DNA of 64,000 bases from NCBI RefSeq assembly GCF_009914755.1, contig NC_060927.1; one strand, given 5' to 3'. Below are positions 1 to 18,640 of the stretch, one piece after another (position 1 is the stretch's first letter; each line of letters starts with the position of its first letter). The notes under the pieces are model-generated. The model saw only the letters and a program-made list of their open reading frames with translations, was not told where the DNA came from and made no database searches. The DNA is from the human T2T-CHM13v2.0 reference genome, Homo sapiens. Position numbers and translations under genes: made by a program.

Positions 1-625
1 AATAGTGTTAATAAATGTGTGGAAAACACACAATTAACCTTTAATTTTTAAGAAATAATTAAGATAAACTGCTTTAAACTGTTCTTCACAGACTCCAATT
101 ATTGTTAGAGCTTAATTTACTTTTTAATGCTCAAATCCACTTGAAGCTCCCATGTCCTGTGTTCTTCAGGAGGATAGAATTACGCATGTCTACTACCTAT
201 TGTCCATTATTATGAAAATTAAACCATTTTTCTTTTTCTCTGAATTCTAGGGAAAAGACTTTTGGAGTATGAGACATGAATTTAACCCACGATGCTAATT
301 TCTGTCTCATTTGCTTGCTTGCATATTTTCCAAGAATTGGCAAAATTTCTTAATAATTGAGGTCACCCAAAACAAATCACAAATTTGACACATTTATATT
401 TATTTCCCAGAACTATTGAAAGACTAAACCAATTGATTAAATTGATGTGAGTTGATAACTTTATTTCCAATATAGATTTGTACCAAGTAGAGATGGTTTA
501 ATTTATCTTCATTTTAAGAAATGTTTATTAATTTCCTGTTATGCATAAATTAGTAATCCATAAGGTTATAAAGAGAAGCTAATGATGGGGCCACCAGATT
601 GATCCACAGATGAGTGATTCATGGA

Positions 626-928
<303 letters not shown>

Positions 929-999
929 TGATTCATGGTTTTGATCTTAAAAGATAGTATACCTCATATACCCCCATGTACTAAGCACAGTGATAAAAG

Positions 1000-1750
1000 T
1001 ATTTGTGGACAATAAACATAAAGGTTGTTTCCCAGGAAGTTGGAGAAAAAAACAAAGAGTTAGAAATTAGGAGAGAAAAACAAGAGGCTAATGGATCAGT
1101 CCAAGAGGCCCACTGCCTGACTAGTAGCAATTCCGAAGGATAGCAGAGAAACTAGAGATGAAAAAAATTATTATAAAAATATTAAGAAAATTTTCCATAG
1201 CTGAAATAAATAGTTCTCCAGGTTGAATGGGCCCATCTAGTGTCCTATGTTGAAGGAAAACAAATCAACAACAAGCAAGCGTGGACAGAATATCACAAGC
1301 ACATCCTAGTAAAACTTTTTTGATTTTGATATTCTCCAAGCTTTTCTTGAATATGCTTTCTGGAGGACAGGCTTCTTTTAATTAGTGAAGAAACCAGGAA
1401 AGAGAAAGTAATTAGATCTAAGAAACAGGAGATCCAACAGAAAAGAGTGATGTAAGAAAGTCTTGGGTCTGAAGAGAAACCAGTGGGTTTGGGACAAAAA
1501 TATGAAGGGTTTAATGAGGGAGGTGTCAGAGAAAATCACAGATTGATGGAATACTGGACATAATTGAGCATCTAGAATGTCAAAAAAATGCAACTATTGA
1601 CTCCAAAAAATAATCAATTGTATACAGAAAAGGAAAGGTACTTACAGTGTCATACTTAGCTCTGAAGCAGACTCATCTAAGGATAGTTTGCTTAGTAAAA
1701 CTAATGTAAACTCTCACTATTAATTTAACAAATAAAGTGACAGTAAGATA
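1000..1750 (+). mobile_element. Old L1 (L1ME/HAL1-like) fragment
   Basis: A-rich degenerate sequence with GGATCAGTCCAAGAGG...CTAGTAGCAATTCC resembling ancient L1 ORF1-region consensus; by eye only. Confidence 0.35.
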
Positions 1751-1899
1751 ATGGGAAAAATGATTAACTATATAATGTTTAATATTTCTGACAAATCTGA
1801 CATGGTGGATCTGTTCAATTTCTAACTACATGCCCAAATGTAGCTTATAGACACAACTCATTTAAACTCAAGACTATGTGAGATTAGGAAGATGTGATT

Positions 1900-2070
1900 A
1901 ATTTTGAACTATTTATCTTTTAGAATATTGAAGCAGACCCCAGGCCCTGTCTCTATTAATAATAGCACTGTCTTAGAGGGTTGTTGTAAGGATTAAATGA
2001 GTTGTTGCAGGTAAAGTGCTCAGAAAATGGCCTTGCATGCGTGTAGTAATAATGAACACTGGTTATTAGA
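1900..2070 (+). mobile_element. MIR fragment
   Basis: MIR core GGGTTGTTGTAAGGATTAAATGAG...GTAAAGTGCTCAGAA. Confidence 0.7.
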
Positions 2071-5000
2071 TTCAGTACATACACGTTAAAAATTCACATA
2101 CCAAAATGGTGTTTTTGCTTAGTTTGAATGGTGAAGCAATACAATGAAGAATGTAGGGAGACACAAGAATCAGTGTCATCATCAATTGTTTCTTGTTGAA
2201 ATTTCTAAGCATGAGACAAAACAAGGTTTTGGGATTGGATTCAAGTTTATATGGGCAAACATACTCATTTGTCAATGCTTTTCTTTCTTTCTCTTTTGTT
2301 TTTTTTAATAAGAGAATATATTTTGTTTCCTTCTAAACAATCATTACCAAACTTTACTTGGAGGTAGTGTTGAGTGGTAGAAGCCCTAAATACCCCTATT
2401 TGAAATTACTATGAAACCTCTGACATTTCATGGCTAGATTTTACTTAAATTGACAGTGACAAAACTCTGATAATCTTTTAGTTTTAAGATTTTAAATTTG
2501 CATATCACATTTCTTCCAATATTCTATTGTAAATATAGGCACCTATTCCTTAAAACAGACCTGTGGAGATGGAAGACATTTTCTTATTTTAGTATGTAAA
2601 ATTAGGGACAAAGGGTATATTTTAGACATTTCAAGTCAAATTTACAGACTTTTTTTGTTACTCAGAAAAAGGAATAATGTTAAATTCCTTTCCTGATTAC
2701 TGCTTTGTAAAAAGATTAAGAATGTTAGTAGGATTTCATTAGCACCCACTTATTCCCTGAATTTTTAATGTATCAATAAATTTTTCTTTAAATTTTGTGT
2801 CCTTGTCTAAAGTTTTTGACAGAAATCTATACATAAATTATACGTATATTTCAGAAATTTCAATATTCTTAGATTTATTACTTAATTTTTTTATATTTGT
2901 GAAACACTATATGCACTTCCAGCAGTCAATAAACACTCTGTTCCTTTCAAAAGCCTCTTCAAAAAATCATTGATTATTACATATTCAGACTCTTTTGGAT
3001 GTATGTTTGACCCAATAAAGTGCTGATTTGAAACCTCTTCTTACTTGTTCTTGCAACAAAGGCTATATGCCGCGAACTGTTAAATAACCCCCAATATTTA
3101 TGACACGCGTGGTTAAACAAGAAATGGGCCACTTCACTGTAAATAATGCCCAAGTCCACTTTAATAACATACCACAGTGCTACCTTAGAAATTGTGTTGC
3201 ATTCATTGATTTGTAAGAGTGAAACTGAAATATTTCAAAACCTTACATGGCTTTATAGCATTGTTTCTAGAGATGGTAAGGAGAAAAGGAATCAATATGT
3301 TTCTTCCCTGATACTCTATTTCCATTTTAAAAATTTGATCCCAACTAAATCACTTACAAAATTTAGATTAGAATGGTATATGATATAAGCAGCAACTACT
3401 ATTATGAGAGATTATCATTTGTTCACTAGATCATTAGTGGATATATAGATTTTAAGATATGTGTATGATATGAGATCCATGCACTCTCGTTAAATGGGTC
3501 AGTTTGATAGTGATGCTCCCAAATGGCTTAAGTATCAGAACAGATGTTGTAGTAACAAATTAGCTTGCAGTGGAAATTATACTGTTTTTAGTATTGAAAA
3601 AAAGGATAATTAGGGGAATGTAAATGGGAATTTTAGTGAAATAATGATCTTCTTCTTTTGGGATTATTTCATGTTCCCCCCAAAAATGTTTTCCAGGACT
3701 ATACAGGTTTATTTTCTTTTTTATATATACTAAATGTTAGGGTGAGGGAGAAAAGTCTCACATGTTACCTCAATGAAATGAAGCAACATGTAGTAAAAAA
3801 ATAAACATCTGATGTATAAAATCTGCACAGTCCATTTTGAGATATTGTGTAAATATAGATGCCACAAACAATACCTAATATACTTGCTTGTTAACATCGT
3901 TTTGTAACTAACTCATATCAATGACTTACGTGAAAATTGCATTGCACATTCTCTAAGTTGCTTAATATGTATATTTTATTTCTTAAAACTTCTTGCTGCT
4001 ATGCCCAGGGTTATTAAACTCCAGATATACCAAACTCTAGACAACTTACATTAAATATATAAAAGTGTTCCTGGACAGATAGGCCATCTCACTTTCCTCT
4101 GAACTCAATTTTCTCTAATATAAAGGTTCTATCTACTCAATTATCTGTGACTCTAGTACAGGGAATTCATACATTCAGACATTCACACACATGCATGTGC
4201 ACACAAAAGAAAACAATATCTGTAGGTAATTTTAACTAATATTTTTAACTATTACTCCTCAACTATATAGCCAATTGGTATCTTTCTTTACAGTTGTCAT
4301 GATGCAGTCAACATTATTTTTTCTACTTTATTGTTCTTATCACTTGCAATGGAAGTTATAATGAATATAAGTATGGTTAACATGCAAACAAAAGAGACAA
4401 ATAACATTTTTTGATTTGTATAGCAGAAGAGAGGTTTCTGAGTAATCAAGAATTTTCCAAAACAAAATATACAGAATAGACTTCCTTTAGCACTAGGTTG
4501 TTAAAGACAGTTACAGTCTCAGGAACAAGATTATTCAGAAGATTGTCTTTCAGTCACTTTGCATTAAATTGTAATACTTTAAGTTAGTTCCATTATAGAC
4601 TATAAAGATAATTTTATAAGTTTATTTCCTCATGTTAATTTATCTAATGATATGTTTAATAGGACAAATCTGACACCTGATTAACCTGAAGGGAAAAAAT
4701 AAAAATGAAAAACATTAATGCTATATTTAATCTGAAATGCATTGTTATTTAAATTCTCTTAATTCAAGACTCCAACATGATTTATTCATTACTTATACAT
4801 AATTTTTGGGAAATCCACAAAAGATAAAGAGCAAACTCTATTATTGTATCAAAACAATGCAGTTGTTTAGACTGGGTGAGTACAAGGGAATAGAACTAAG
4901 AAGCACTGGCAAATTAGGATACCCCTGAGAAAGAATACTACCTTGGATTCCTCCTTTCACAAATATGAACTTCTTTGGTATTGACGGTATTAAGGGATAA

Positions 5001-6276
5001 CATTTACAACTTTTTTGTAGCTAAGTTTCTGGGAAAGTATCACACAAACTCCCTCACCATCCCACCCCCATAGACTTTCATTTGTTGGTCTTTGAATCCT
5101 CATTCTTATGTTGGAAGACAGGAAAAATGCAAATGAGTTATTTATAAGAGCAAAACAAATATACCAATATTAAAGTTGTTTATAAAGGTCTTATTAACTG
5201 TACTACTTATTTCAAGTGTTTAAAACCTACAATTATGTAGGCAAGGAACAAAACTGGAGAATGATATTTATGAAGACTGTGAGGATGCTTCAAAAGTAAA
5301 ATATCAAGTCTATTATTTTATCTAAAGTGAAATGTGCCTATTGAATTATGTTTTTCTTTTAACACCATCATCTATATGATTGTTATGATACAGAAGAGGA
5401 CTCTATCATCTCTAACCCTAACTACCCCACCTCATACACACACAACCTATCCACACAGCTCACAACTTAGCAAAGTCTATGGAGAACTGTGTTAACAAGG
5501 ACCAATGAAGAGAACATTACAAATAGCTGATCTTACAACAAGACCACTGTTACAACATTATCTAATTCAATGGGTTATAAGTGATGTCTTGTATTCCTTC
5601 TCCTTACCTAAAGTTTTAGTCAAATTATCTCAGAGTTAGAGATATAAATTATACAATTATATTTAGAACAAAAAATTCCATGTGACACATATATTTCCAG
5701 GGTGATCATTCTTAAACATTTATATATCAATTATTTCTAATACAATTAGTTAATTTGTTACTATTATGCTGGTGTACACATGCATCTATTTCAGAAGTCG
5801 TTGGTGTATAAGGTAACAATAAGTCATGCAAACACAATCCAAAGATGTAAGTTGGTGGTTATGAATTACATCGCTCTAAGAGTTTTGCTTTCTTTTGTTT
5901 TTAAGACTACAAGTGTAAAAAAAAAAAAGTACAGATAAATTTGAATCCAAATTACTTGCAGGTAGTGTTTTTTTCCTTTATGATAAAAACTTAGTCAAAT
6001 ATTAAATTTCTAAGAAAATATCATTCTAAAAATACTAGCAGTATCAAAGTTTCAGATTGATAAGCATTCTTTTGTATTAAACATAGTAAAACAATAAGAA
6101 TGATTACAGTTTCCATGTACATTTCTGTTCTTAAAAGTGTTTACTTTAGCAATATGATCTGATATGAACAGAATGAAGTTTGAAAAATGAGAAATTGTGG
6201 TTGTTAGCTGGAAGCAGGGATGATTCGATTAATTTTATACAGGTGGTTGATGGTTGATGGAGGTGGAGGCATTTCA

Positions 6277-6609
<333 letters not shown>

Positions 6610-9600
6610 TTAATTTCCCTAATTCTCTGCCCTGCCTGCACCTTTGCTACACTTCAAAGCTGGCGAAGGGCTCCGACTGCCCTCTGTGAGGCCGCCAGCA
6701 CGGACTGAGAGAGCATATGGAGGAGGGAGAGGGCAGGGTGGCTGAATGCTAGCATTGCTAATTTTCTACCTTATTGTTAATCAAAGCTATTGACTGTGAT
6801 CACTCCCCATCATCGCTTCATCTCCTGGCAATTACAGACTCCAGAGATTGTACCTCATATGAGGCAGGGAGGATGTGGGGAAAAACAGGTCTTGTCAAAT
6901 AAGAGGGAGGATGATAAAAATGTCATACTTTTTTCTGAGAAACACGGAAGAAAACGGTGCAACATCACGTCTTTCAGAAGGCAACAATCTCTCATCTTAA
7001 AGGACTGATATAAATTTACTGCAATGAATGCATGACTGAAACACATCTAACTTTGGATATTTTGGGTTGGATATTTTAAAACATTCCAAAGTATTGGATA
7101 TTTTAAAAGATTCCAAATTCCGTATAAGTATTTTCATTCATCTATGCTTATTTTTCTTAAATAAAAAATGCATTTTTTCTGTTTTTCTTAAATTGCACAT
7201 TAATTTTCCCACGCAGAATTTTAGAGTGGAGGCTAAGCACAACAACACTCCAGTTTCCATATCCAGACTCAGAGTAGCAGAGGAGCAGTATGTGTGTATA
7301 TAGAAGCTCAATGACACTACCAAATTTCCCTGGTGCACACTCTACCTGTCATCTATATGTAAGATAAGTATGAGCAGTGTTTATAGGTCTGCTACTGAGA
7401 AGCAGACACAGACACAATAAAAAACAAGAGTGTACCTCCTAAATCGAATAATGTAGAGCCATAGGTCATTCAAGTTCTGATGTTCTGCGGGCTTTCAAGA
7501 GAATCACCTTTAACATTATCTACAGAGGAAGGATTTCTTGTTCTGAGCAGTGAAGAAGCGCAGATGTTTACTTGGGGAACAGTGTGTCACTTATGGCTGA
7601 GCCAGTGAGTACATGCAGGTACTGCCCCTCTAGAAACATCACAGAGGTCATTAATTTTGTGTCTCCACTAGCTAGGTCAACATATTTTGTCTTAGACACA
7701 GCTATTCAGGGATGATTTGGAAATTCTTAAAAAAGGAATACAAAGACTAACATGAGTCCACTTGGTTTTTTCATGCGGCATATTTCCCCCCCTAATCTCC
7801 CTGCTTTCCCTCCTCCTTCCCGTAAGTGTCGCGTAATTATAATAACCTGATGTGGCTAAAACGAAAAAAAAAAAAAAAGTTAAGATCTGTGCAGACAAAA
7901 GAGAAAAGATACTCATTCTTGCTTTATTCATCCTTGCCTCTCTAGTGATGGCTGTTGTCATTTTACCCTTAAAATAGATGCTGCAAGTGATAAGGCAGAA
8001 AAAGCGTCCACTTTACCTTTCCGGCCCGTGAACTTATTACACGCACACGTTGTTTAGGTCAAACTTTTAAGCCACATCAGTGAGAAAGAATGGGGAGCAG
8101 GCATTTTTGTGTGTTTTGAGGCAGTGTTCACAATGTTCTGTCACAAGTCATCTTGCTCATGCAAACTAACCAAATATAAGAGGCTGTTGTAGGAAGATCA
8201 TCAGAAATTGCTTGGTCAAATGCATGAAACGGCTTTTAAGAAAACCACCCTGCTTACCTACAATCTTGTTTTAAATGATAGAATGTGTTTAGAATCACTT
8301 TAATTTTATGAATTATTTTTTAGTAACACAATGCAGACTTTTAAGGGAAGTTCTACTTTTAATTTACAAGCAATCAGTTATTTAATGTGGACGCACACAT
8401 TTCTAATCACTCTGTTACAAATACTATACAGATTCATCCAAATCCACAATATAAATTAAATCAGCGTGTCTACACAATATTACAAGACTTTTGGGATGAG
8501 GTTTGTGTACTTTTGTTATTGAATTCTTCCTGAGAATGGGGATATTATTATGAAAGCAAGAGATGAGGAAAATAAATTTACTGTCATTTGAAATGAGATA
8601 CCTAAATCATATAAAACAGATTTCCACCTGCATGTAACCTATCTTAAGTGGCTTATAAATTTGCTTCTCTGTTCCTACTCATCACCTTTCTGGCCCCTTC
8701 TTAGGCTCAGGAAAGAATAGATCTTTGCATTAATCAATGAATCTTACCATATCTCTAAAGTCCATTCAATCTACCTTGTTCTGCCTTTAATTAATGATAT
8801 GCTAGACCTAAAGGAAACAAAAGGTGCTATTTTTAGCTGCTTTGCTAATTTTTTTCTTTCTTCTCCTTCCTGTCAAAAGATAACAATAACATGAAATAGC
8901 CACTTGACTCACTGCGACAGAGCTGGAGGACTAATTTAAGACCAGTCCAAAGACATTTACTTAAATTTTTGGTTAAATAGCATTGATTATGCGAGCTATG
9001 GACTAGAAGATAGCAAGGAAGAGACTATTGTGTGTTTACCATATCTAAAGGAGGTCCTATATTCCAGCTCTGAATTTAGGGCTACCCAGGCCTGAATTGA
9101 AACAGGTTCAGCTGCAATTGGTGAAAGCTGTCATCCCATCTAGAAACACACTGTCACTAGAGGTGCTGGGTTTTATGTGTCTGTCACCCCCATTATAATC
9201 TAAATTCCTGAGGATCAGGTATTCTGTCTGCTTCTCATTTGTGTACCTACCCATTTTACATTGAATCCAAAATAATAGATAAATTAGTAAAGAGATGGTA
9301 ACCAAGAATGCAAACCTTACTTAAGTGATAGATGCTCAATCTGAAACAATTGAAAAGGATGTAAATTGTATTTTCTGCACCAGTATTCTATGCAAAGCGG
9401 GGATAAAAAGCTTGCTACAAATAAACTCAAATGCTATTGTACATCCTATGTCCTCAAATCCATACAAACCAATAAGGCATCTTTCAATATAAAAAGGAAG
9501 TCTTGAATCATAACATCATAGTCATTCAGGGTTGGAAATGGGTCAGATGGACCCCCATAACAATCTTCGATGAGACGTATACACTCTTGTGAATTTAGTG

Positions 9601-10598
9601 GCCATTGGACCTTCACTGCTTTTCAGGGTGATCAATTCCAATTTTATAATTAAGTCTTGTTTTTTAAATTTGTTTTAAAAAATCTTTTTTCTAGATTTTC
9701 TATCCATTGACTCCAAGTCTGGAGGAATGTATAGAACTAATGCCTCATCCATGACAGCTTGTTTCCCTCCCCATACTCCTTAAATACTTGTGTTTCACAC
9801 AGCTCCAGATTTCATCCTGTTCTTTTCAAAATGCTGTCTGTAGATATCTTCATCTGAGTCCAAGGCTTCGATTATTTTTCATAACATATGCAACTTGTAC
9901 ATTTCTCAATTGGATGCTCTACCAACAACCAAATTTATTTCCATTGGTGATTCAACTTCATGTAAATTCAAAGAAGCTTCACACTTTTTCTCACTCAACA
10001 CTAAACTGATCGGCTTGTTTTCAACCTACTTCTTTCCTATAGTCCCTACCTATGTTACATATTTTACATAAATATTAAATATTTTAAGTATTTTACAATT
10101 CAGTAAAAAGTTAGCATCTGGGGTTAAAACTGAAATCTGATCTATAGGCTTATGGTTTATAAATATTTTGCGATATGGCTTTATATATTTTTGTGTAGGG
10201 GTTGTATGCCATACTTAAACTTACAATATATAAGGTTATATGTGTGTGTGTATATATGTACATACATAAATTAGTAATTACATACATACATATATACATA
10301 CACACAAACAGTATATAAGTGGACAATCTTAAAACAGTCTTTCACATATATAATAACAGCAACAACTATAAAAGGAAATAAACACCTATATCTTCCTTTA
10401 CAGTATAAATTATGTCCTCAAGGAAACTTTGTCTTTAAATATAATAATTCATTAAATGTTTGGGTTTTTAAACATTAATTATTTTTTAATTGACAAATTT
10501 AAATTAAGTACAACATGATGTTTTGAAATATGTATGCATACATTGTAGAATGGCTTAATACAGCTACCTAACATATGCATTACCTTACACACCCATCA

Positions 10599-13594
<2,996 letters not shown>

Positions 13595-13642
13595 TTATTT
13601 TGCTCATTAGTTGATGCAGTTTCTTCCTAGTCTCAATGGTCT

Positions 13643-14659
13643 TTACATTTTGGCATGATTTTGCAGCGGCTGGTACCGGTTGTTCCTTTCCATGTTTAGT
13701 GCTTCCTTCAGGAGCTCTTTTAGGGCAGGCCTGGTGGTGACAAAATCTCTCAGCATTTGCTTGTCTATAAAGTATTTTATTTCTCCTTCACTTATGAAGC
13801 TTAGTTTGGCTGGATATGAAATTCTGGGTTGAAAATTCTTTTCTTTAAGAATGTTGAATATTGGCCCCCACTCTCTTCTGGCTTGTAGGGTTTCTGCCGA
13901 GAGATCCGCTGTTAGTCTGATGGGCTTTCCTTTGAGGGTAACCCGACCTTTCTCTCTGGCTGCCCTTAACATTTTTTCCTTCATTTCAACTTTGGTGAAT
14001 CTGACAATTATGTGTCTTGGAGTTGCTCTTCTCGAGGAGTATCTTTGTGGCGTTCTCTGTATTTCCTGAATCTGAACATTGGCCTGCCTTGCTAGATTGG
14101 GGAAGTTCTCCTGGATAATATCCTGCAGAGTGTTTTCCAACTTGGTTCCATTCTCCACATCACTTTCAGGTACACCAATCAGATGTAGATTTGGTCTTTT
14201 CACATAGTCCCATATTTCTTGGAGGCTTTGCTCATTTCTTTTTATTCTTTTTTCTCTAAACTTCTCTTCTCGCTTCATTTCATTCATTTCATCTTCCATT
14301 GCTGATACCCTTTCTTCCAGTTGATCGCATCGGCTCCTGAGGCTTCTGCATTCTTCACATAGTTCTCGAGCCTTGGTTTTCAGCTCCATCAGCTCCTTTA
14401 AGCACTTCTCTGTATTGGTTATTCTAGTTATACATTCTTCTAAATTTTTTTCAAAGTTTTCAACTTCTTTGCCTTTGGTTTGAATGTCCTCCCGTAGCTC
14501 AGAGTAATTTGATCGTCTGAAGCCTTCTTCTCTCAGCTCGTCAAAATCATTCTCCATCCAGCTTTGTTCCGTTGCTGGTGAGGAACTGCGTTCCTTTGGA
14601 GGAGGAGAGGCGCTCTGCGTTTTAGAGTTTCCAGTTTTTCTGTTCTGTTTTTTCCCCAT
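13643..14659 (-). CDS. LINE-1 ORF1p, full-length 338 aa (R101C, G132E, R159H relative to L1HS consensus)
   Basis: MGKKQNRKTGNSKTQSASPPPKERSSSP...YQPLQNHAKM is uninterrupted; native promoter is missing. Confidence 0.93.
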   Translation of the reverse strand: MGKKQNRKTGNSKTQSASPPPKERSSSPATEQSWMENDFDELREEGFRRSNYSELREDIQTKGKEVENFEKNLEECITRITNTEKCLKELMELKTKARELCEECRSLRSRCDQLEERVSAMEDEMNEMKREEKFREKRIKRNEQSLQEIWDYVKRPNLHLIGVPESDVENGTKLENTLQDIIQENFPNLARQANVQIQEIQRTPQRYSSRRATPRHIIVRFTKVEMKEKMLRAAREKGRVTLKGKPIRLTADLSAETLQARREWGPIFNILKEKNFQPRISYPAKLSFISEGEIKYFIDKQMLRDFVTTRPALKELLKEALNMERNNRYQPLQNHAKM

Positions 14660-14803
14660 CTTTGTGGTTTTATCTACTTTTGGTCTTTGATGATGGTGAT
14701 GTACAGATGGGTTTTCGGTGTAGATGTCCTTTCTGGTTGTTAGTTTTCCTTCTAACAGACAGGACCCTCAGCTGCAGGTCTGTTGGAATACCCTGCCGTG
14801 TGA

Positions 14804-15911
<1,108 letters not shown>

Positions 15912-16493
15912 AAAATTGAGTGTCTTAGAGAAGGTCAAGACTATAATACGTTCTTATTAAACATAGTCATCATGTTGTATAATGGGTCTCTTGAACTTAT
16001 TCCTCCTAACTGAAATTTTATGTCCTTTGGCCAGCATCTCCCCAAACCCCCACATCTATTAAGTGAAAAATTGTTGGAAGATAGCATATTTTACACTGCA
16101 AAAGTATCACCCCAGAGGGTATTTGCTAACTTGGAAGTAAAAAATACACTTTGATAATTGATAGATCAGACAGTCATATCTGTAACTCAGTAATCAAACT
16201 TACTATCACCAATAGCAGGCAACTAAGAGTGAGAAGTCCATTCTATAATACAGTATACAATATCAGCTATGAAGCCTTTCTGAAAAAAAAATTGTTGATT
16301 GTTCAATGAAGACTTGAGATCCAGCTTAAAGTTTCCAGAAAAAATAACATACTTAGTTTTTAGGATACACACGTGGAATAATTAAGGCATGAGATATCAT
16401 ATCTCTAAGTGATATTCAAATGGTTGAATAAAAACTATCTTGGGAGAAAGAGATACAGCAAATATGACATAACATTAGCAATCATTCAATCTT

Positions 16494-16791
<298 letters not shown>

Positions 16792-18489
16792 CAATCACTC
16801 AATCTTTTATGAAAAACATTTAAAAAGTTTAAAGGATGGTGGATGAAAATTTAATGATCTAAAGCCTTCTCCATAATGTGCAGCAGACATTCATGCAATG
16901 GCATTTCTCTTTCACCAGTGGTATTAAAATAGGTAATATTGGTTTTGTAGTACAAAGACTCATATTTGCAGTAGCATTCAATCCATAGTAATTTAAATTG
17001 TTTATCATCCCATGGTAGCCAGTATTATATTGTGGAAATGTAGAGGCCTAAGAGAAAAGCCTGTTGGTTTAAATTCAGAATTTTATTTATTTATTTTTAA
17101 TTTTTAAATTGGGTTTGCAATCACAGCTCAAAACATTAGGGTTTCCAACCTTCTTCTTTCCTTCTGTCATATTCAGTTATGTATAATAAAAACATAAAAG
17201 CTTCTTCCTTTTGCCCTACTTACTATAAAGTGTCAAGCTAGTTTCTTTATAGATTTGCATTATCACAGTGCAGAGCTTTGGCATTAATTGACATTTTAAA
17301 GATGACCATTAATAAAAGATTAGGGAAAAGCAAATGAATATAAACTACTATCAATATGAGAATTGTGTTCTACAAATTGGATCAATTCTCATCGATTCTT
17401 TCCTACTAATCAAGAGGAATGCATGGAAAGGGTACTTTAAATGGAGTACTGAGAACATTTAATTAGAAACGTAGGCAATGAATTATAAAATCAAATACAA
17501 GAAACCCCTATATTTGTGAAGCTTTAAATTTGCATCAAAATTCTATAAGATCAAATTTAAGTTAAACTCAAACTTCTGCTTTAATCATGTATGGCCCAAA
17601 TAATTGTTGAATGTACTTTATTATCTGTCCCATTTTTTTGAACTGGGAATAAGGGAGAAATATAAGTTATGTTATAGAGATTGAGAGGAAAAAAAATCAG
17701 TAGGTGCTTTTAGGTGGTGCCTCCTTAGAAATATTTAGTAAGTGATGCAAATAAAGAAATATATTTACAATAGCTGAAGAAATCTATGTACTGTAGAACA
17801 TTAGAGATAATATGTATGAAGTTAAAAAATTGCCACTAAATATTGAATAAATTATTTTTAAAGCAGCAATATGAGAACAGAAAACAATGTGTTACAATCA
17901 TCTCCAATGTTGCTGCTATAAGAAAAATCAAGGTTGTTTCTTTACGTTTCTTTCAAAGATAGAAGAACCATGATTACAATGATCCAAGTGGACAATACTT
18001 GTTAGAAATTGTGTTTTGGTAAAATAAACAAAAACGTTAGCCTTGATGTAAAATCTGTTTTCAAACAAAATGTTTAGTGACTGGATGGTTCTTTCAAAAT
18101 TTGAAAACGTTGTCTTCCAATAGTTTTGGGAAAAGAAAAAAAGTCAGAGTAGTTTATTATTTGGATAAGCTGAAATAATCTTAATGGAGAGTAGGTAATT
18201 TTAACCTGTGGCCTGAGATGCCAGGACGTTACTAAATAAAAAAAAAACAGATTTCACACAATGATCTCAAAATACATGTTACTGTTTTTTTTCTCATTTT
18301 CTGGTTTAGGTGATTAGATAACTGAATGAATCAAATGTGAAAAAAAGGAAGTAAAACCTGCACTGATTATAATCACAAGTAATGTTTATATAATGCTTTG
18401 GTCTGTTTAATAGAACACATCATTTTATATGCATATATGTGTTCTTATGTAATGCTTACAGTTCTATCATGATCCTAGCCATCATCATC

Positions 18490-18640
18490 ATGATTCTCAT
18501 CAGTATTTCCGTTTTCAAGATACTGAAACCGAATCTCAGAGTACTTTTGCTTCTGTCATGCAACTAGTAAACAGTGGATCTGAAATTTGATTCCAAATTA
18601 TTTCTGACTCCAAAGCACTCCACTTTTCACTACACACCAT
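18490..18640 (-). mobile_element. MIR fragment
   Basis: TTTTCAAGATACTGAAACCGAATCTCAGAG...CTAGTAAACAGTGG...TCTGACTCCAAAGC. Confidence 0.6.
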
